Shown here: positions 1 to 10,440 of the stretch, piece after piece
Position numbering within the stretch: position 1 is the stretch's first letter
How the letters are laid out: every line of letters begins with the position of its first letter
Assembly (NCBI GenBank): GCA_019912395.1
Contig: JAIOIH010000014.1
Span: 16,800-80,799, forward strand
DNA length: 64,000 nucleotides
Source of the DNA: Flavobacteriales bacterium
Lineage (GTDB): Bacteria > Bacteroidota > Bacteroidia > Flavobacteriales_F > PHOS-HE28
Reading direction: 5' to 3'
Translations under genes and position numbers: made by a program
The notes under the pieces: generated by a model
Told to the model about the DNA's origin: nothing
Database searches by the model: none
The model's input: the letters and a program-made list of their open reading frames with translations, nothing else

Positions 1-1
1 C

Positions 2-1405
2 GTCGAACTTCAAGTACTGCCCACCGACATGGTAGCCCCCTCCCCCGGAATTGTCGCTCTTGCCTCCGTAAGAGACCTGGCCCGGACTCGTCTCCACATC
101 GACCACGGAATACGTGGTGGAAGCGTAAAGGGACGGGGTGATGAACTGCGGGCCCGTTCCCACCTGATTATCCGTAGCATCGTACCAAACAGCGTTCGCG
201 GCGGTGGTGGTCAGAACCGCGGACCCGCCTTCGCAAACTACCGCGCCATCAGCCGTTGGTGCGGGAGCCTGCGCCAATCCGGTAACGGTGAACGGTGCGG
301 ATGTGGCCGTACCGCAATAGCTGGTGACCTGTACCGTGTACGTACCCGGGTCAGCCATGATGGAACTCGTTGTGGCCCCGTTGGACCAGAGGTAGCTCAC
401 ACCGGCACTGGCCTGCAGGCGCACCTGGCCGCTCGGGCACACGAACGCCTGCTCATCGCAATGGATCGCCGCCACGGGGCTGGAGCCGGGTTGCTGGGTA
501 AGTGTGATCGGGACGGCCGTCCAGTTGTTCGTGTCGTCCTCCTCCACCACCACGTCCAGCGGATCCACCTCGTACACGATCCAGTAATCGCCATTGCACG
601 CGCCGCTAGGAATGTCGATCCACATGCCGTCGAGGTATTCGCTGTAGATGTCCGTGTAACCGGAGGAAATGCCCTGGCGCAACATGCTGCACCCGTAGTT
701 CCCGCCACCCAGGCCGAAATTCGGAAAGTCCGATCCGTGCAAAGTAGTGCCTGCGTTGACCACGGTGTTGTCGTCCTTGCAATGGTGTTCGACCGCCCCA
801 TCGGAGCAGGTATTGTAATCCATCAGGCAGAAGCCCAGCTTGTAGCCGGAATTGACGATCGGCCAGTCCCGTGGATCGCTCACGCCAGGCTCCTGAACCC
901 GCAAGCTATAGACCCCCCATTGATCGTAGTGCGTATGTCCGTGGGTGGGGTGATAGGTCATCCCTTGCGGCATCAGGCGCTCATAGCTGGTCATCGTCGA
1001 TCCGTTCTTGTGGAAGATCCGCTGGGTGGTGAGCTGCTTTGCCGTACCGCCGTTGGGGCAGGCGAATTGCTGCTGCGCATTGGGGTCATATACCGCGAAG
1101 GTGTCCACCCCGCACACGAACCGGCGATAGCCGTTCAGGTCGGTACCGCGCACTTCCAAGGGGCCATGCCCGATGTTCGGTGTTGAACCGGTGACATTGA
1201 TGCGCCCGCTCGACTCGTTCGGACCGGACAGGTAGTTGAGCAGGGCATACCACGAAATGGTCATGTCCGGCAACAGGTCGCATTCGTCGCTTCCATCAGG
1301 GCATACGCACGAGGTCGCGTTCGTATTGGTGCATTGCGCGGAGGCGTTCGGTGTGCTGAGGAAGATCAGCAGGAAGGCCGGGAGGGCGTGTAGCAGGTGC
1401 TTCAT
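2..1405 (-). CDS. Secreted lysyl oxidase (LOX)-domain protein with Ig-like repeats; runs off the window start
   Basis: Not in the ORF track because its stop lies outside the window. Manual minus-strand translation from ATG 1405: MKHLLHALPAFLLIFLSTPNASAQC (signal peptide); YHPTHGHTHY (Cu-binding His cluster); GYKLGFCLMD (LTQ Lys motif); QGISSGYTDIYSEYLDGMWIDI (LTQ Tyr motif); then SYLWSNGATT...GTYTVQVT Ig-like repeats. Confidence 0.85.
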   Translation of the reverse strand, partial: MKHLLHALPAFLLIFLSTPNASAQCTNTNATSCVCPDGSDECDLLPDMTISWYALLNYLSGPNESSGRINVTGSTPNIGHGPLEVRGTDLNGYRRFVCGVDTFAVYDPNAQQQFACPNGGTAKQLTTQRIFHKNGSTMTSYERLMPQGMTYHPTHGHTHYDQWGVYSLRVQEPGVSDPRDWPIVNSGYKLGFCLMDYNTCSDGAVEHHCKDDNTVVNAGTTLHGSDFPNFGLGGGNYGCSMLRQGISSGYTDIYSEYLDGMWIDIPSGACNGDYWIVYEVDPLDVVVEEDDTNNWTAVPITLTQQPGSSPVAAIHCDEQAFVCPSGQVRLQASAGVSYLWSNGATTSSIMADPGTYTVQVTSYCGTATSAPFTVTGLAQAPAPTADGAVVCEGGSAVLTTTAANAVWYDATDNQVGTGPQFITPSLYASTTYSVVDVETSPGQVSYGGKSDNSGGGGYHVGGQYLKFD

Positions 1406-1504
1406 GGTACGATCGTTCGGTTGGAGGTTGTTGAATGAGGTGGTGTAGTGTGGTGTGAGCATACCCCTCTGTATGCAATATTAGATCATTCAGCCACCTT
1501 TTGT

Positions 1505-1518
1505 ATGATGTGTGTCAT
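1505..1518. promoter_or_regulatory. Putative Crp/Fnr-family box ATGAT-gtgt-GTCAT
   Basis: Palindrome matching RTGAY-N4-RTCAY in the divergent LOX/mbnP intergenic region; the same pattern recurs at five other intergenic sites. Confidence 0.6.
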
Positions 1519-1658
1519 GTTTTTATCAACGAACCGCACATGGATCATGAACGCCATGTATCTTTCCCGACGCTCCATACGCCCGCCGGAACACCTCAAA
1601 TCGCCCAGCCGCAATGCATGCAGCCCCCACGGCGCTGCCCCGTACGCTCCTTCCAACA

Positions 1659-1672
1659 GTGACACATATCAC
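1659..1672. promoter_or_regulatory. Putative Crp/Fnr-family box GTGAC-acat-ATCAC
   Basis: Close to the CRP consensus TGTGA-N6-TCACA; about 50 bp upstream of the mbnP-like start at 1724. Confidence 0.65.
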
Positions 1673-1723
1673 ATTCCAGAACAACCACGTGCCCTTCATT
1701 TGAACCAAATACCTCCAACAAGC

Positions 1724-2473
1724 ATGCATCGCCCCTCTGCTCCGTTCCTTCTGCCAGTCCTTTTCGGGTTGAGCATACTGGCCACTTCGTGCGCGAAGGA
1801 TGATCCCGCGACACCGGCCCCCGTGGCGCCTGCCAGCCCGGAGATCATGCGGGTCGCCCATGTGGTGGATGGCCTGCCGCTGACCTACGATACGCTGCTC
1901 TACACCAATGAGGCCGGTACAACCTTCAGCGTTTCCCGGGTGGAGTACTACCTGAGCGAGCTGGTGCTTATCGGCAGCGGCGGCACGGCCAACGACACCC
2001 TGCACGGTCCGTGGTACGTGAATGCGGCCGGCACCACGGACTTCGAGCTGACTTCCTTGCGCACGGGAACGTACAGCGGCGCCACGATGTTGCTTGGCCT
2101 GCCACCCGAACTGAACCTCACCGACAGCCTGCCCAATACGATCGAGAACATCAACATGGCATGGCCCGTTCCCATGGGTGGTGGTTACCACTTCATCAAG
2201 TTCGAGGGGCATTTCCTTGCCGACAGCGCACCACACGGCTTCGCCATGCACATCGGCAGGAATGCCTTCCTGCCCCATTGCGAGATGCCGCAGGGATTCA
2301 CCATCACCGGAGGCGGGGGGAAATTGCTGCTCACCTTCAATCTCAACGAGGTGTTCCGCAGCCCGCACACCTACGATCTCGCTTCCGGCAACTATTCCAT
2401 GGGCAGTGCGGTCCTGATGGGCCAACTGCGGGATAACTGCGCCAATTCCTTCACGATCGCGTACGAACCATGA
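1724..2473 (+). CDS. MbnP-family lipoprotein (putative copper-binding)
   Basis: Lipobox-like LATSC; motif NMAWPVPMGGGYHFIKFEG resembles the MbnP W...GY.F.K.EG motif; overlaps the downstream diheme peroxidase by ATGA, as in mbnPH pairs. Start set at ATG 1724. Confidence 0.75.
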   Translation: MHRPSAPFLLPVLFGLSILATSCAKDDPATPAPVAPASPEIMRVAHVVDGLPLTYDTLLYTNEAGTTFSVSRVEYYLSELVLIGSGGTANDTLHGPWYVNAAGTTDFELTSLRTGTYSGATMLLGLPPELNLTDSLPNTIENINMAWPVPMGGGYHFIKFEGHFLADSAPHGFAMHIGRNAFLPHCEMPQGFTITGGGGKLLLTFNLNEVFRSPHTYDLASGNYSMGSAVLMGQLRDNCANSFTIAYEP

Positions 2474-3510
2474 ACGGTCGCCTTCTTCCGAGCCTCGCCC
2501 TCGCCGCCATGTTCCTAGTGGCCGCCTGCACGCGCGATTCGGTGGATCCACCGCCAGCGGGCCACACCGCACGAACCCCGGTTGACCTCGCCGGACCGTG
2601 GTATTTCCCGCAGATGACCGTGCCGGCGAACAACCCCACCACCCTCGAGGGCATCCAACTGGGCCGCCGGCTCTACTACGACCCGCTACTGTCCACCTAC
2701 GGACCGATGGCAGGCCGGTCATGCAGCAGCTGCCATTCCCAGGAACTGGGCTTCACAGTGCCCACCCCCCCGTCCAACTTCCTCAACGTACTGCCGCACG
2801 TGAACTTGGGCTGGAGCACGAACTTTCTTTGGAACGGCGAAGTGCAGGGAACCCTTGAGGACATCATGCGCTTCGAGGTGGAGGAGTTCTTCCAGGTGGA
2901 TGTGAACCTGCTGCGGAACCACCCGGAATATCCGCAGCTGTTCCAAGCTGCCCTGGGCACCTCCTCCATCACACAGGATGATGTGGGCAAGGCCCTGGCC
3001 CAATGGTTCCGCAGCATGATCTCCTCCAACAGCCGCTTCGACCAATACCTGCGGCACGAGATCGCCCTCACACCTTCGGAGCTGAACGGAATGACGCTCT
3101 ACCTTACCGAGACCGGCGACTGCTTCCATTGCCATGGCATACCCCTGCTCACCGACAATGCCTTCCACAACATCGGCCTCGATTCGGTCTTCACCGGTAG
3201 CGACCAAGGACGGTTCCTGGTAACGGGGAACCCCATGGACATGGGTGCCTTCAAGGCCTCCACCCTGAGGAACATCGCGCAGACGGCGCCCTACATGCAC
3301 GACGGCCGGTTCGCCACCCTGGAGGAAGTGGTGGAGCATTACAATTCCGGCGTGAAGCCATCGCCCAGCTTGGACCCGATCATGACCAAGCCGGGAAAGG
3401 AGACCGGCCTTAACCTGTCGCCCCAGCAGAAAGCCGACCTGGTGGCCTTCCTCAACACCTTCACCGACCAGACCTTTCTCACGGACACCGCCCTCGCCAG
3501 TCCGTTCTGA
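2470..3510 (+). CDS. Diheme cytochrome c peroxidase/MauG/MbnH-family lipoprotein
   Basis: Two CxxCH motifs (CSSCH, CFHCH), LGRRLYYDPLLS, FKASTLRNIAQTAPYMHDG, lipobox VAAC. Confidence 0.9.
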   Translation: MNGRLLPSLALAAMFLVAACTRDSVDPPPAGHTARTPVDLAGPWYFPQMTVPANNPTTLEGIQLGRRLYYDPLLSTYGPMAGRSCSSCHSQELGFTVPTPPSNFLNVLPHVNLGWSTNFLWNGEVQGTLEDIMRFEVEEFFQVDVNLLRNHPEYPQLFQAALGTSSITQDDVGKALAQWFRSMISSNSRFDQYLRHEIALTPSELNGMTLYLTETGDCFHCHGIPLLTDNAFHNIGLDSVFTGSDQGRFLVTGNPMDMGAFKASTLRNIAQTAPYMHDGRFATLEEVVEHYNSGVKPSPSLDPIMTKPGKETGLNLSPQQKADLVAFLNTFTDQTFLTDTALASPF

Positions 3511-3536
3511 AGGCGCCGCCAGCTAACTTGCCGGCC

Positions 3537-4235
3537 ATGGGAATGGTACCTGCACCACCGATCGTACGGCTTGATGCGCTGATAGCCGAACACTGCAGCC
3601 CGGAGTGGCAAGAACTCCTCAAGGAGCGCAACACCAGGGTCACCTATCGCAAGGGCGAGCACATCTTCACCGATGGGCAGGTGGCCACGCACATGTTCAT
3701 GATCCACAGGGGACGGGTGAAAGTGGTGACCCGCCAAGCGGGCGGCCGCGAACGGATCATCCGCATTGCCGGGGATGGCGAGGTGATCGGTTATCGCGCC
3801 ATCGGGGACGAGCCCATCTATACCGCCACGGTGACGGCGCTCAGCGAGACCCGGATGAACACCATCCCCATGCCCCTCTTTCTCAGCACACTTCGGGCGA
3901 ACAACCAGTTCTGCTATCACTTCCTGCTGTACTTCGCCGAAGAGATGAGGGTGCTGGACCAGGACATGCGCGACCTGATGGAGCTGGACGTGCCCCAACG
4001 CATCGCCAAGACGCTAATGCTCAACAGGGACGTCTTCGGCTTCGATGATAAGGACAAGCGGAAATTCGCATTCACACTGGCCCGCAAGGACATTGCCAGC
4101 ATAGCCGATACCACCTATGAATCGGTGATCCGGAACTTGGCCGACCTACAGCGCAAAGGCATCATCCAACTGGTGGGCAAGGAGATCCGCCTGCTGAAGA
4201 AGCGGGAGCTGGAAAAGATGATGAAACCCTCCTGA
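3537..4235 (+). CDS. Crp/Fnr-family transcriptional regulator
   Basis: cNMP-binding fold (YRKGEHIFTDG...GRVKV...GEVIG) and C-terminal HTH (LARKDIASIADTTYESVIRNLADL); no N-terminal FNR Cys cluster. Confidence 0.92.
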   Translation: MGMVPAPPIVRLDALIAEHCSPEWQELLKERNTRVTYRKGEHIFTDGQVATHMFMIHRGRVKVVTRQAGGRERIIRIAGDGEVIGYRAIGDEPIYTATVTALSETRMNTIPMPLFLSTLRANNQFCYHFLLYFAEEMRVLDQDMRDLMELDVPQRIAKTLMLNRDVFGFDDKDKRKFAFTLARKDIASIADTTYESVIRNLADLQRKGIIQLVGKEIRLLKKRELEKMMKPS

Positions 4236-4280
4236 CCGGACCGGCAACCGAGCGGCAGGCACCTCATGGCAGCAGGATCT

Positions 4281-4298
4281 CAGTGACCTTCATCACTG
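4281..4298. promoter_or_regulatory. Putative Crp/Fnr-family box caGTGAC-cttc-ATCACtg
   Basis: Extended palindrome TCAGTGA-N6-TCACTGA upstream of the DUF302 gene. Confidence 0.65.
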
Positions 4299-4369
4299 AC
4301 CGAATGAAACGCAGGTCGGACCTTCGCAATGGAATCCTCCAATACCTTTCCTACCTGAACCACCCCATC

Positions 4370-4759
4370 ATGAACTACGCCATCACCCGCACGATCGAGA
4401 ACACCGACATGGCCGCCCTGAAGGAGCGAACCGTGGAAGCCTTGAAGACCGAAGGCTTCGGAGTGCTCACGGAGATCGACCTGCAAGCCACATTGAAGAA
4501 GAAGCTCGACAAGGACCATCTGCCGCACGTGATCCTGGGTGCCTGCAACCCGGGGTTCGCGCACCAAGTGGTCACCCTGGAGCCGCTCATCAGCACCATG
4601 TTGCCGTGCAACGTCATCATCCGGCAATTGCCCGACGGCAAGCATGAGGTGGCCGCCATCGATCCGGCGGCAGCCATGATAGGCGTGCAAAATCCCGCCG
4701 TGGAACCCGTTGCTGCCCAAGTGCGCGATGCCCTGAAGCGTGTGATCGGGAAGGTCTAA
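4370..4759 (+). CDS. DUF302 domain protein
   Basis: GFGVLTEIDLQATLKKKL...ILGACNP...LPCNVII signature; start at ATG 4370 (MNYAITR). Confidence 0.9.
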   Translation: MNYAITRTIENTDMAALKERTVEALKTEGFGVLTEIDLQATLKKKLDKDHLPHVILGACNPGFAHQVVTLEPLISTMLPCNVIIRQLPDGKHEVAAIDPAAAMIGVQNPAVEPVAAQVRDALKRVIGKV

Positions 4760-5144
4760 GAACCTGTTCAGGATCCAAGCCCTCAGTGACTGTCCGTCCA
4801 TCCGCCGGACGCCTTCCTTGGGGCTGGCACGGGACTCCTGGCATCCGGCCTGACCCACTTCCGGAAGAGGTCGGAAAGAAGGTGATCACCTTCATCGAGG
4901 CCCTGATGGGGCAATGGGAACGGCACGAAAAGAAGCACGAGGACGCACCACGGGAAAGGATCGCATTGCCATCCGATCGAAAGGCCAGGTCCATCTGCGA
5001 CCTCGCCTGGCTCCAACCCGCACATTTCCTTGGTCGATCCGGCGATCGCAAATGGTGTAAATTGGCAACATGCTCCCCGGAAAGATGAACGATCGAAGTG
5101 CCCGGCCGCGCGGCCTTCCAACGTGCGGAACACGGATCCGCAAG

Positions 5145-6806
5145 ATGCGCTTGATCGGCATGTCCGGCCTCCTTCTGCCGGCGCTGGCCTTCACGCAGGT
5201 GCTCCAACCGCTGGCCATCCCTCCCCTGCTGGACATGGATACGTTCGATCTGGTCGTGGACGACCATGTTCACCAGTTCTTCCCCGGAGTGAACACCACT
5301 ACCTACGGCGTGAACGGGGTTGTGTTGGGTCCCACGCTTGTGCTGCATTCGGGTAGCATGGCGCACATCCGCCTGCACAATGAACTACCGGTGTGGACGA
5401 ACATGCACTGGCACGGCCTGCACATATCCGGGGAGGCCGATGGCGCGCCACCGCGCCAGATCAACCCCGGCGAGACATGGGCCGTGGATTTCCCCGTGAT
5501 GAACGCGGCCGCTACGTTCTGGTACCATCCGCATCCGCACATGATGACCATGGACCACGTGAACAAGGGCCTGGCGGGCTTCATCATCGTGCGCGATGAC
5601 GCGGAGGCCGCATTGCAACTGCCGCGTACCTACGGCGTGGATGACTTCCCGATCGTGGTGCAGGACAGGAACTTTCTACCCAGCGGCGACTTCGCTTCCG
5701 GCCCTTACGGCGATACGGTACTGGTGAACGGTACGCCGAATGCCTACGTGGAAATGCCCGCCCAGATCGTGCGCCTGCGCCTGTTGAACGGTTCGAACGC
5801 GCGCATCTTCCGTCTCGGTTTCGATGACGGTCACGCCTTTCACGTCATTGGCAGCGACGGCGGCTTGCTGAACGGTCCGGTGGAAGTGGACCGCATGACC
5901 GTGAGCAACGGTGAACGATACGAGGTGCTGCTCGACCTGTCAGGCATGGAAGGCGACAGCCTTCTGCTGATGAGCTTCGGCAGCGAACTCACACCCACCA
6001 TGCCGGGGGCATTCAATCCCACATGGGAGCCCAGCATCCTCAACGGGGTGGACTTTCCGGTGCTGCGCATACGTGTTACGGCCCCCACCACGGAACCGGT
6101 GACCACTATTCCGAACACCCTTACGCATGTGGAGTTGCCCGACCTCGCCGACGTGAGCCGCACGCGCTGGAAATCGTTCTCGGGATTCGGCACTCCGGGC
6201 TCGGGCATGTTCATGATCAACGACCTGATGTTCGACCTGGACGTGATCAATGATACCGTGCTGTTGGGTGCCACGGAACGTTGGGTAGTGGAGAACGCCA
6301 CTGACATGGCCCATGTGTTCCACATCCATGGGGGCTCCTTCTACGTCCTCCAACGCAACGGCCAGCCCCCACCCGAATGGGAGCGAGGGGCCAAGGACGT
6401 GATCATGACGGACATGGCGGACAATGTGGAGTTCATCATGGAGTTCAACGACTATGTTTCGGACGGATGGCCCTACATGTACCATTGCCATAACCTGGTG
6501 CATGAGGACGGCATGATGATGCTGCAGTATATCGTGGTGGACCCGAACACGCACGTGGCCCCCGTTCCTGACGATGAAACCATGACCGTATTCCCATCAC
6601 CCTTCACATCGTCGTTCACGTTCCAAACCGACTTCGCCGTGCGCGAGGTGCGCCTCAACGACATGCTCGGCCGCACGGTGCTACGGCAACCGATGGACGG
6701 GCGGACCCGCGGTGTGATCGATGCGCTCACGTTGCCCGCCGGCCCTTATGTGCTGCGTTTGAAAGGCGATGATCGTACCGTGCAGCGCGTGGTCGTCCGG
6801 GAGTAA
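5145..6806 (+). CDS. Multicopper oxidase (CueO-like) with C-terminal T9SS-type sorting domain
   Basis: Four Cu motifs HWHG, WYHPH, HVFHIHG, HCHNLVHEDGMM; C-terminal VFPSPF...DMLGR...LPAGPYVLRL...QRVVVRE resembles a type A T9SS CTD. Confidence 0.9.
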   Translation: MRLIGMSGLLLPALAFTQVLQPLAIPPLLDMDTFDLVVDDHVHQFFPGVNTTTYGVNGVVLGPTLVLHSGSMAHIRLHNELPVWTNMHWHGLHISGEADGAPPRQINPGETWAVDFPVMNAAATFWYHPHPHMMTMDHVNKGLAGFIIVRDDAEAALQLPRTYGVDDFPIVVQDRNFLPSGDFASGPYGDTVLVNGTPNAYVEMPAQIVRLRLLNGSNARIFRLGFDDGHAFHVIGSDGGLLNGPVEVDRMTVSNGERYEVLLDLSGMEGDSLLLMSFGSELTPTMPGAFNPTWEPSILNGVDFPVLRIRVTAPTTEPVTTIPNTLTHVELPDLADVSRTRWKSFSGFGTPGSGMFMINDLMFDLDVINDTVLLGATERWVVENATDMAHVFHIHGGSFYVLQRNGQPPPEWERGAKDVIMTDMADNVEFIMEFNDYVSDGWPYMYHCHNLVHEDGMMMLQYIVVDPNTHVAPVPDDETMTVFPSPFTSSFTFQTDFAVREVRLNDMLGRTVLRQPMDGRTRGVIDALTLPAGPYVLRLKGDDRTVQRVVVRE

Positions 6807-6916
6807 GGGCTTGAGCTGTTCAAGGATCACTGGCCTGGCCGAAGGGAAGTGATCGTTCCGGGATTTCAATGCGCCGTTGGATGACTTCAAGGCGTATATG
6901 GAGTGTGAATTCTCGG

Positions 6917-6997
6917 CCTCAGGGTCCACTTCGTGAGACCCTGAGGGAGCTTCACTTCGTGAGACCCTGAGGGAGCTTCAGACCCTGAGGGAGCTTC
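6917..6997. repeat. Short REP-like repeat cluster between convergent genes
   Basis: GACCCTGAGGGAGCTTC occurs three times (two within 26-bp tandem units), preceded by the inverted copy CCTCAGGGTC that can form a hairpin. Confidence 0.7.
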
Positions 6998-7009
6998 CTG
7001 TCGATCTGA

Positions 7010-7456
7010 TCAACCCCGCCCCCACTCAGCCCAGCTCGTGGCGGTCTCTTGCAGGCGCACCGCATACAGCATCTCCTTTTCCGGCAAAGCGTCCTGCAAG
7101 CGTTCCACGATGTCCAGCAACACGTTCTCGCAACTGGGCTGCCAAGGCGTGAAGCGCGTGCGACCGAACAGTTCGTGACCCGACGAGGCCTGATCACGAT
7201 CTTTCTCGTGCAGCACCAAGGCATGGTCGTAATGCTCGATCACCGCCTTGTGTACAAGCTTCTTCAGCTCCGAGAAGTCGATCACCATGCCATCCTTGGG
7301 ATGATCCGTCTCCTCCCGTGGATCGCCGACCAGGGTAACGTCCAGCACGTAGGAATGCCCGTGGATGTTCGCGCACAGACCATCGTGGCAGCGCAGGGCA
7401 TGCGCCATCTCAAAGTGGAATCGCTTGGTGACGCGAACACGTTCCTTCAGGGTCAT
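7010..7456 (-). CDS. queD: 6-carboxy-5,6,7,8-tetrahydropterin synthase (QueD/PTPS family)
   Basis: FEMAHAL...CANIHGHSY...GMVIDFSELK...YDHA...ET motifs; start overlaps the tnaA stop (ATGA). Confidence 0.85.
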   Translation of the reverse strand: MTLKERVRVTKRFHFEMAHALRCHDGLCANIHGHSYVLDVTLVGDPREETDHPKDGMVIDFSELKKLVHKAVIEHYDHALVLHEKDRDQASSGHELFGRTRFTPWQPSCENVLLDIVERLQDALPEKEMLYAVRLQETATSWAEWGRG

Positions 7457-8829
7457 GGCAATGTGTCGAAGTGCGCGGTAAAGTGACGCAGGAATTTCGG
7501 TTCCTTCACGATCCGCATTCCTTTCACCTGTTCGCGCTCCGCCATGATGCCCTCGAACGTCTCGGCCACGTACTCGATATGGCTTTGGGTGTAGACCCGG
7601 CGCGGGATGGCCAAGCGCACCAGTTCCATCCGCGAGGGCTTCAGCGAACCGTCCTCCGCGTAGGTGCCGAACATCACCGAGCCGATCTCCACGCTGCGGA
7701 TTCCGCCCAGGCGGAACAGCTCGCTCACCAGCGCCTGACCGGGGTACTGTGCCGGCGGGATGTGCGGATAGAGCTTCTTCGCATCGATGTAGACCGCATG
7801 GCCGCCGATGGGCAACATCAGCGGAACGCCCAGCTTGTGCAACTGCTCGCCCAGGAAGGTGGTGCTCCGGATCCGGTAATTCAGGTAATGGGGATCGAAG
7901 ACCTCCTCCAGACCGATGGCGATGGCCTCCATGTCGCGCCCGGCCAAGCCACCATAAGTGGTGAAACCTTCGGTGATGATGAGCAGGTTGGTGCAGGCTT
8001 CCGCCAGTGCCTCATTCCGGAACGAGAGGAAACCGCCGATGTTGGCGAAGGCATCCTTCTTGGCGCTCATCACGGCCCCATCAGCGAGGGCGAACATGCG
8101 CTGCGCGATCTCGCGGTACGTCAGTCCCTCCATCCCTTCCTCGCGATGCTTCACGAACCAGCTATTCTCCGCGATGCGGCAGCAATCCAGCATCAGGATC
8201 ACGCCGTGGCGCTTGCAGATGGCGGCGACACCTTCCGCATTGGCCATGCTCACCGGTTGCCCGCCGCCGCTGTTGTTGGTCACGGTAAGGATCACCGCGC
8301 CCACATGACCTTTATGCTCCTTGAGCAGGCGGTCGAGTTCACCCACGTCCATGTTGCCCTTGAAGGGATGCTGCAGCGCGGTGTCCTGCCCCTCGGGGAT
8401 GGGGATGTCGATCGCCGTGGCACCACTGAACTCGATGTTGGCCCGGGTGGTATCGAAGTGGGTATTGCTAATGAAGATCTTGCCCGGCCCTCCGAGGTGC
8501 CCATAGATGATGCGTTCCGCAGCGCGCCCTTGGTGGGTGGGCAACACATGCTGCATTCCGGTGAGGTCCTGCACTTCGTTCTCCATCCTCAACCAGGAGC
8601 GCGAACCCGCGTATGCCTCATCGCCCTCCATGATGCCCGCCCACTGGTGCGCGCTCATGGCACTGGTGCCGCTGTCGGTCATCAGGTCGATGATCACATC
8701 CTTCGACCGCAGCAGGAAGGGGTTGTAATGCGCATCCTTCAGCAGTTCGACACGTTCCACCTCGGTGCTGAGGCCGATCGGTTCCACGCTCTTGATGCGG
8801 AAGGGTTCAATGATGGTGCGATGCCTCAT
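7453..8829 (-). CDS. tnaA: Tryptophanase (tryptophan indole-lyase)
   Basis: Beta-eliminating lyase with PLP lysine motif SAKKD; TnaA-type specificity residues HFDTT, EIGS and LRHF. Confidence 0.88.
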   Translation of the reverse strand: MRHRTIIEPFRIKSVEPIGLSTEVERVELLKDAHYNPFLLRSKDVIIDLMTDSGTSAMSAHQWAGIMEGDEAYAGSRSWLRMENEVQDLTGMQHVLPTHQGRAAERIIYGHLGGPGKIFISNTHFDTTRANIEFSGATAIDIPIPEGQDTALQHPFKGNMDVGELDRLLKEHKGHVGAVILTVTNNSGGGQPVSMANAEGVAAICKRHGVILMLDCCRIAENSWFVKHREEGMEGLTYREIAQRMFALADGAVMSAKKDAFANIGGFLSFRNEALAEACTNLLIITEGFTTYGGLAGRDMEAIAIGLEEVFDPHYLNYRIRSTTFLGEQLHKLGVPLMLPIGGHAVYIDAKKLYPHIPPAQYPGQALVSELFRLGGIRSVEIGSVMFGTYAEDGSLKPSRMELVRLAIPRRVYTQSHIEYVAETFEGIMAEREQVKGMRIVKEPKFLRHFTAHFDTLP

Positions 8830-8833
8830 GGGA

Positions 8834-10216
<1,383 letters not shown>

Positions 10217-10440
10217 TCACTTTTTGGGTTCATCGGATTTTTACCGCACGATGGCGGTAGGCCCGCAAATGTGCATTTCCTTTTCGGGGCAATTCCTGTC
10301 CTAAATCAGGTTGATGGACGGCACAATGGTCCAACCGCCGGGAACGCGGGGCTTGGGCGGTCCGGTCCCCGTTACGGAAGATCCGTTCCCACCCCTCGGC
10401 CCATCAGGGGCAGCGGCCTACTCGATGACCCCGGGCCGGA

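Noticed and set aside
29-1186. 385-aa + strand ORF
   Set aside because: Antisense shadow of the minus-strand LOX-domain gene, which carries the recognisable motifs.
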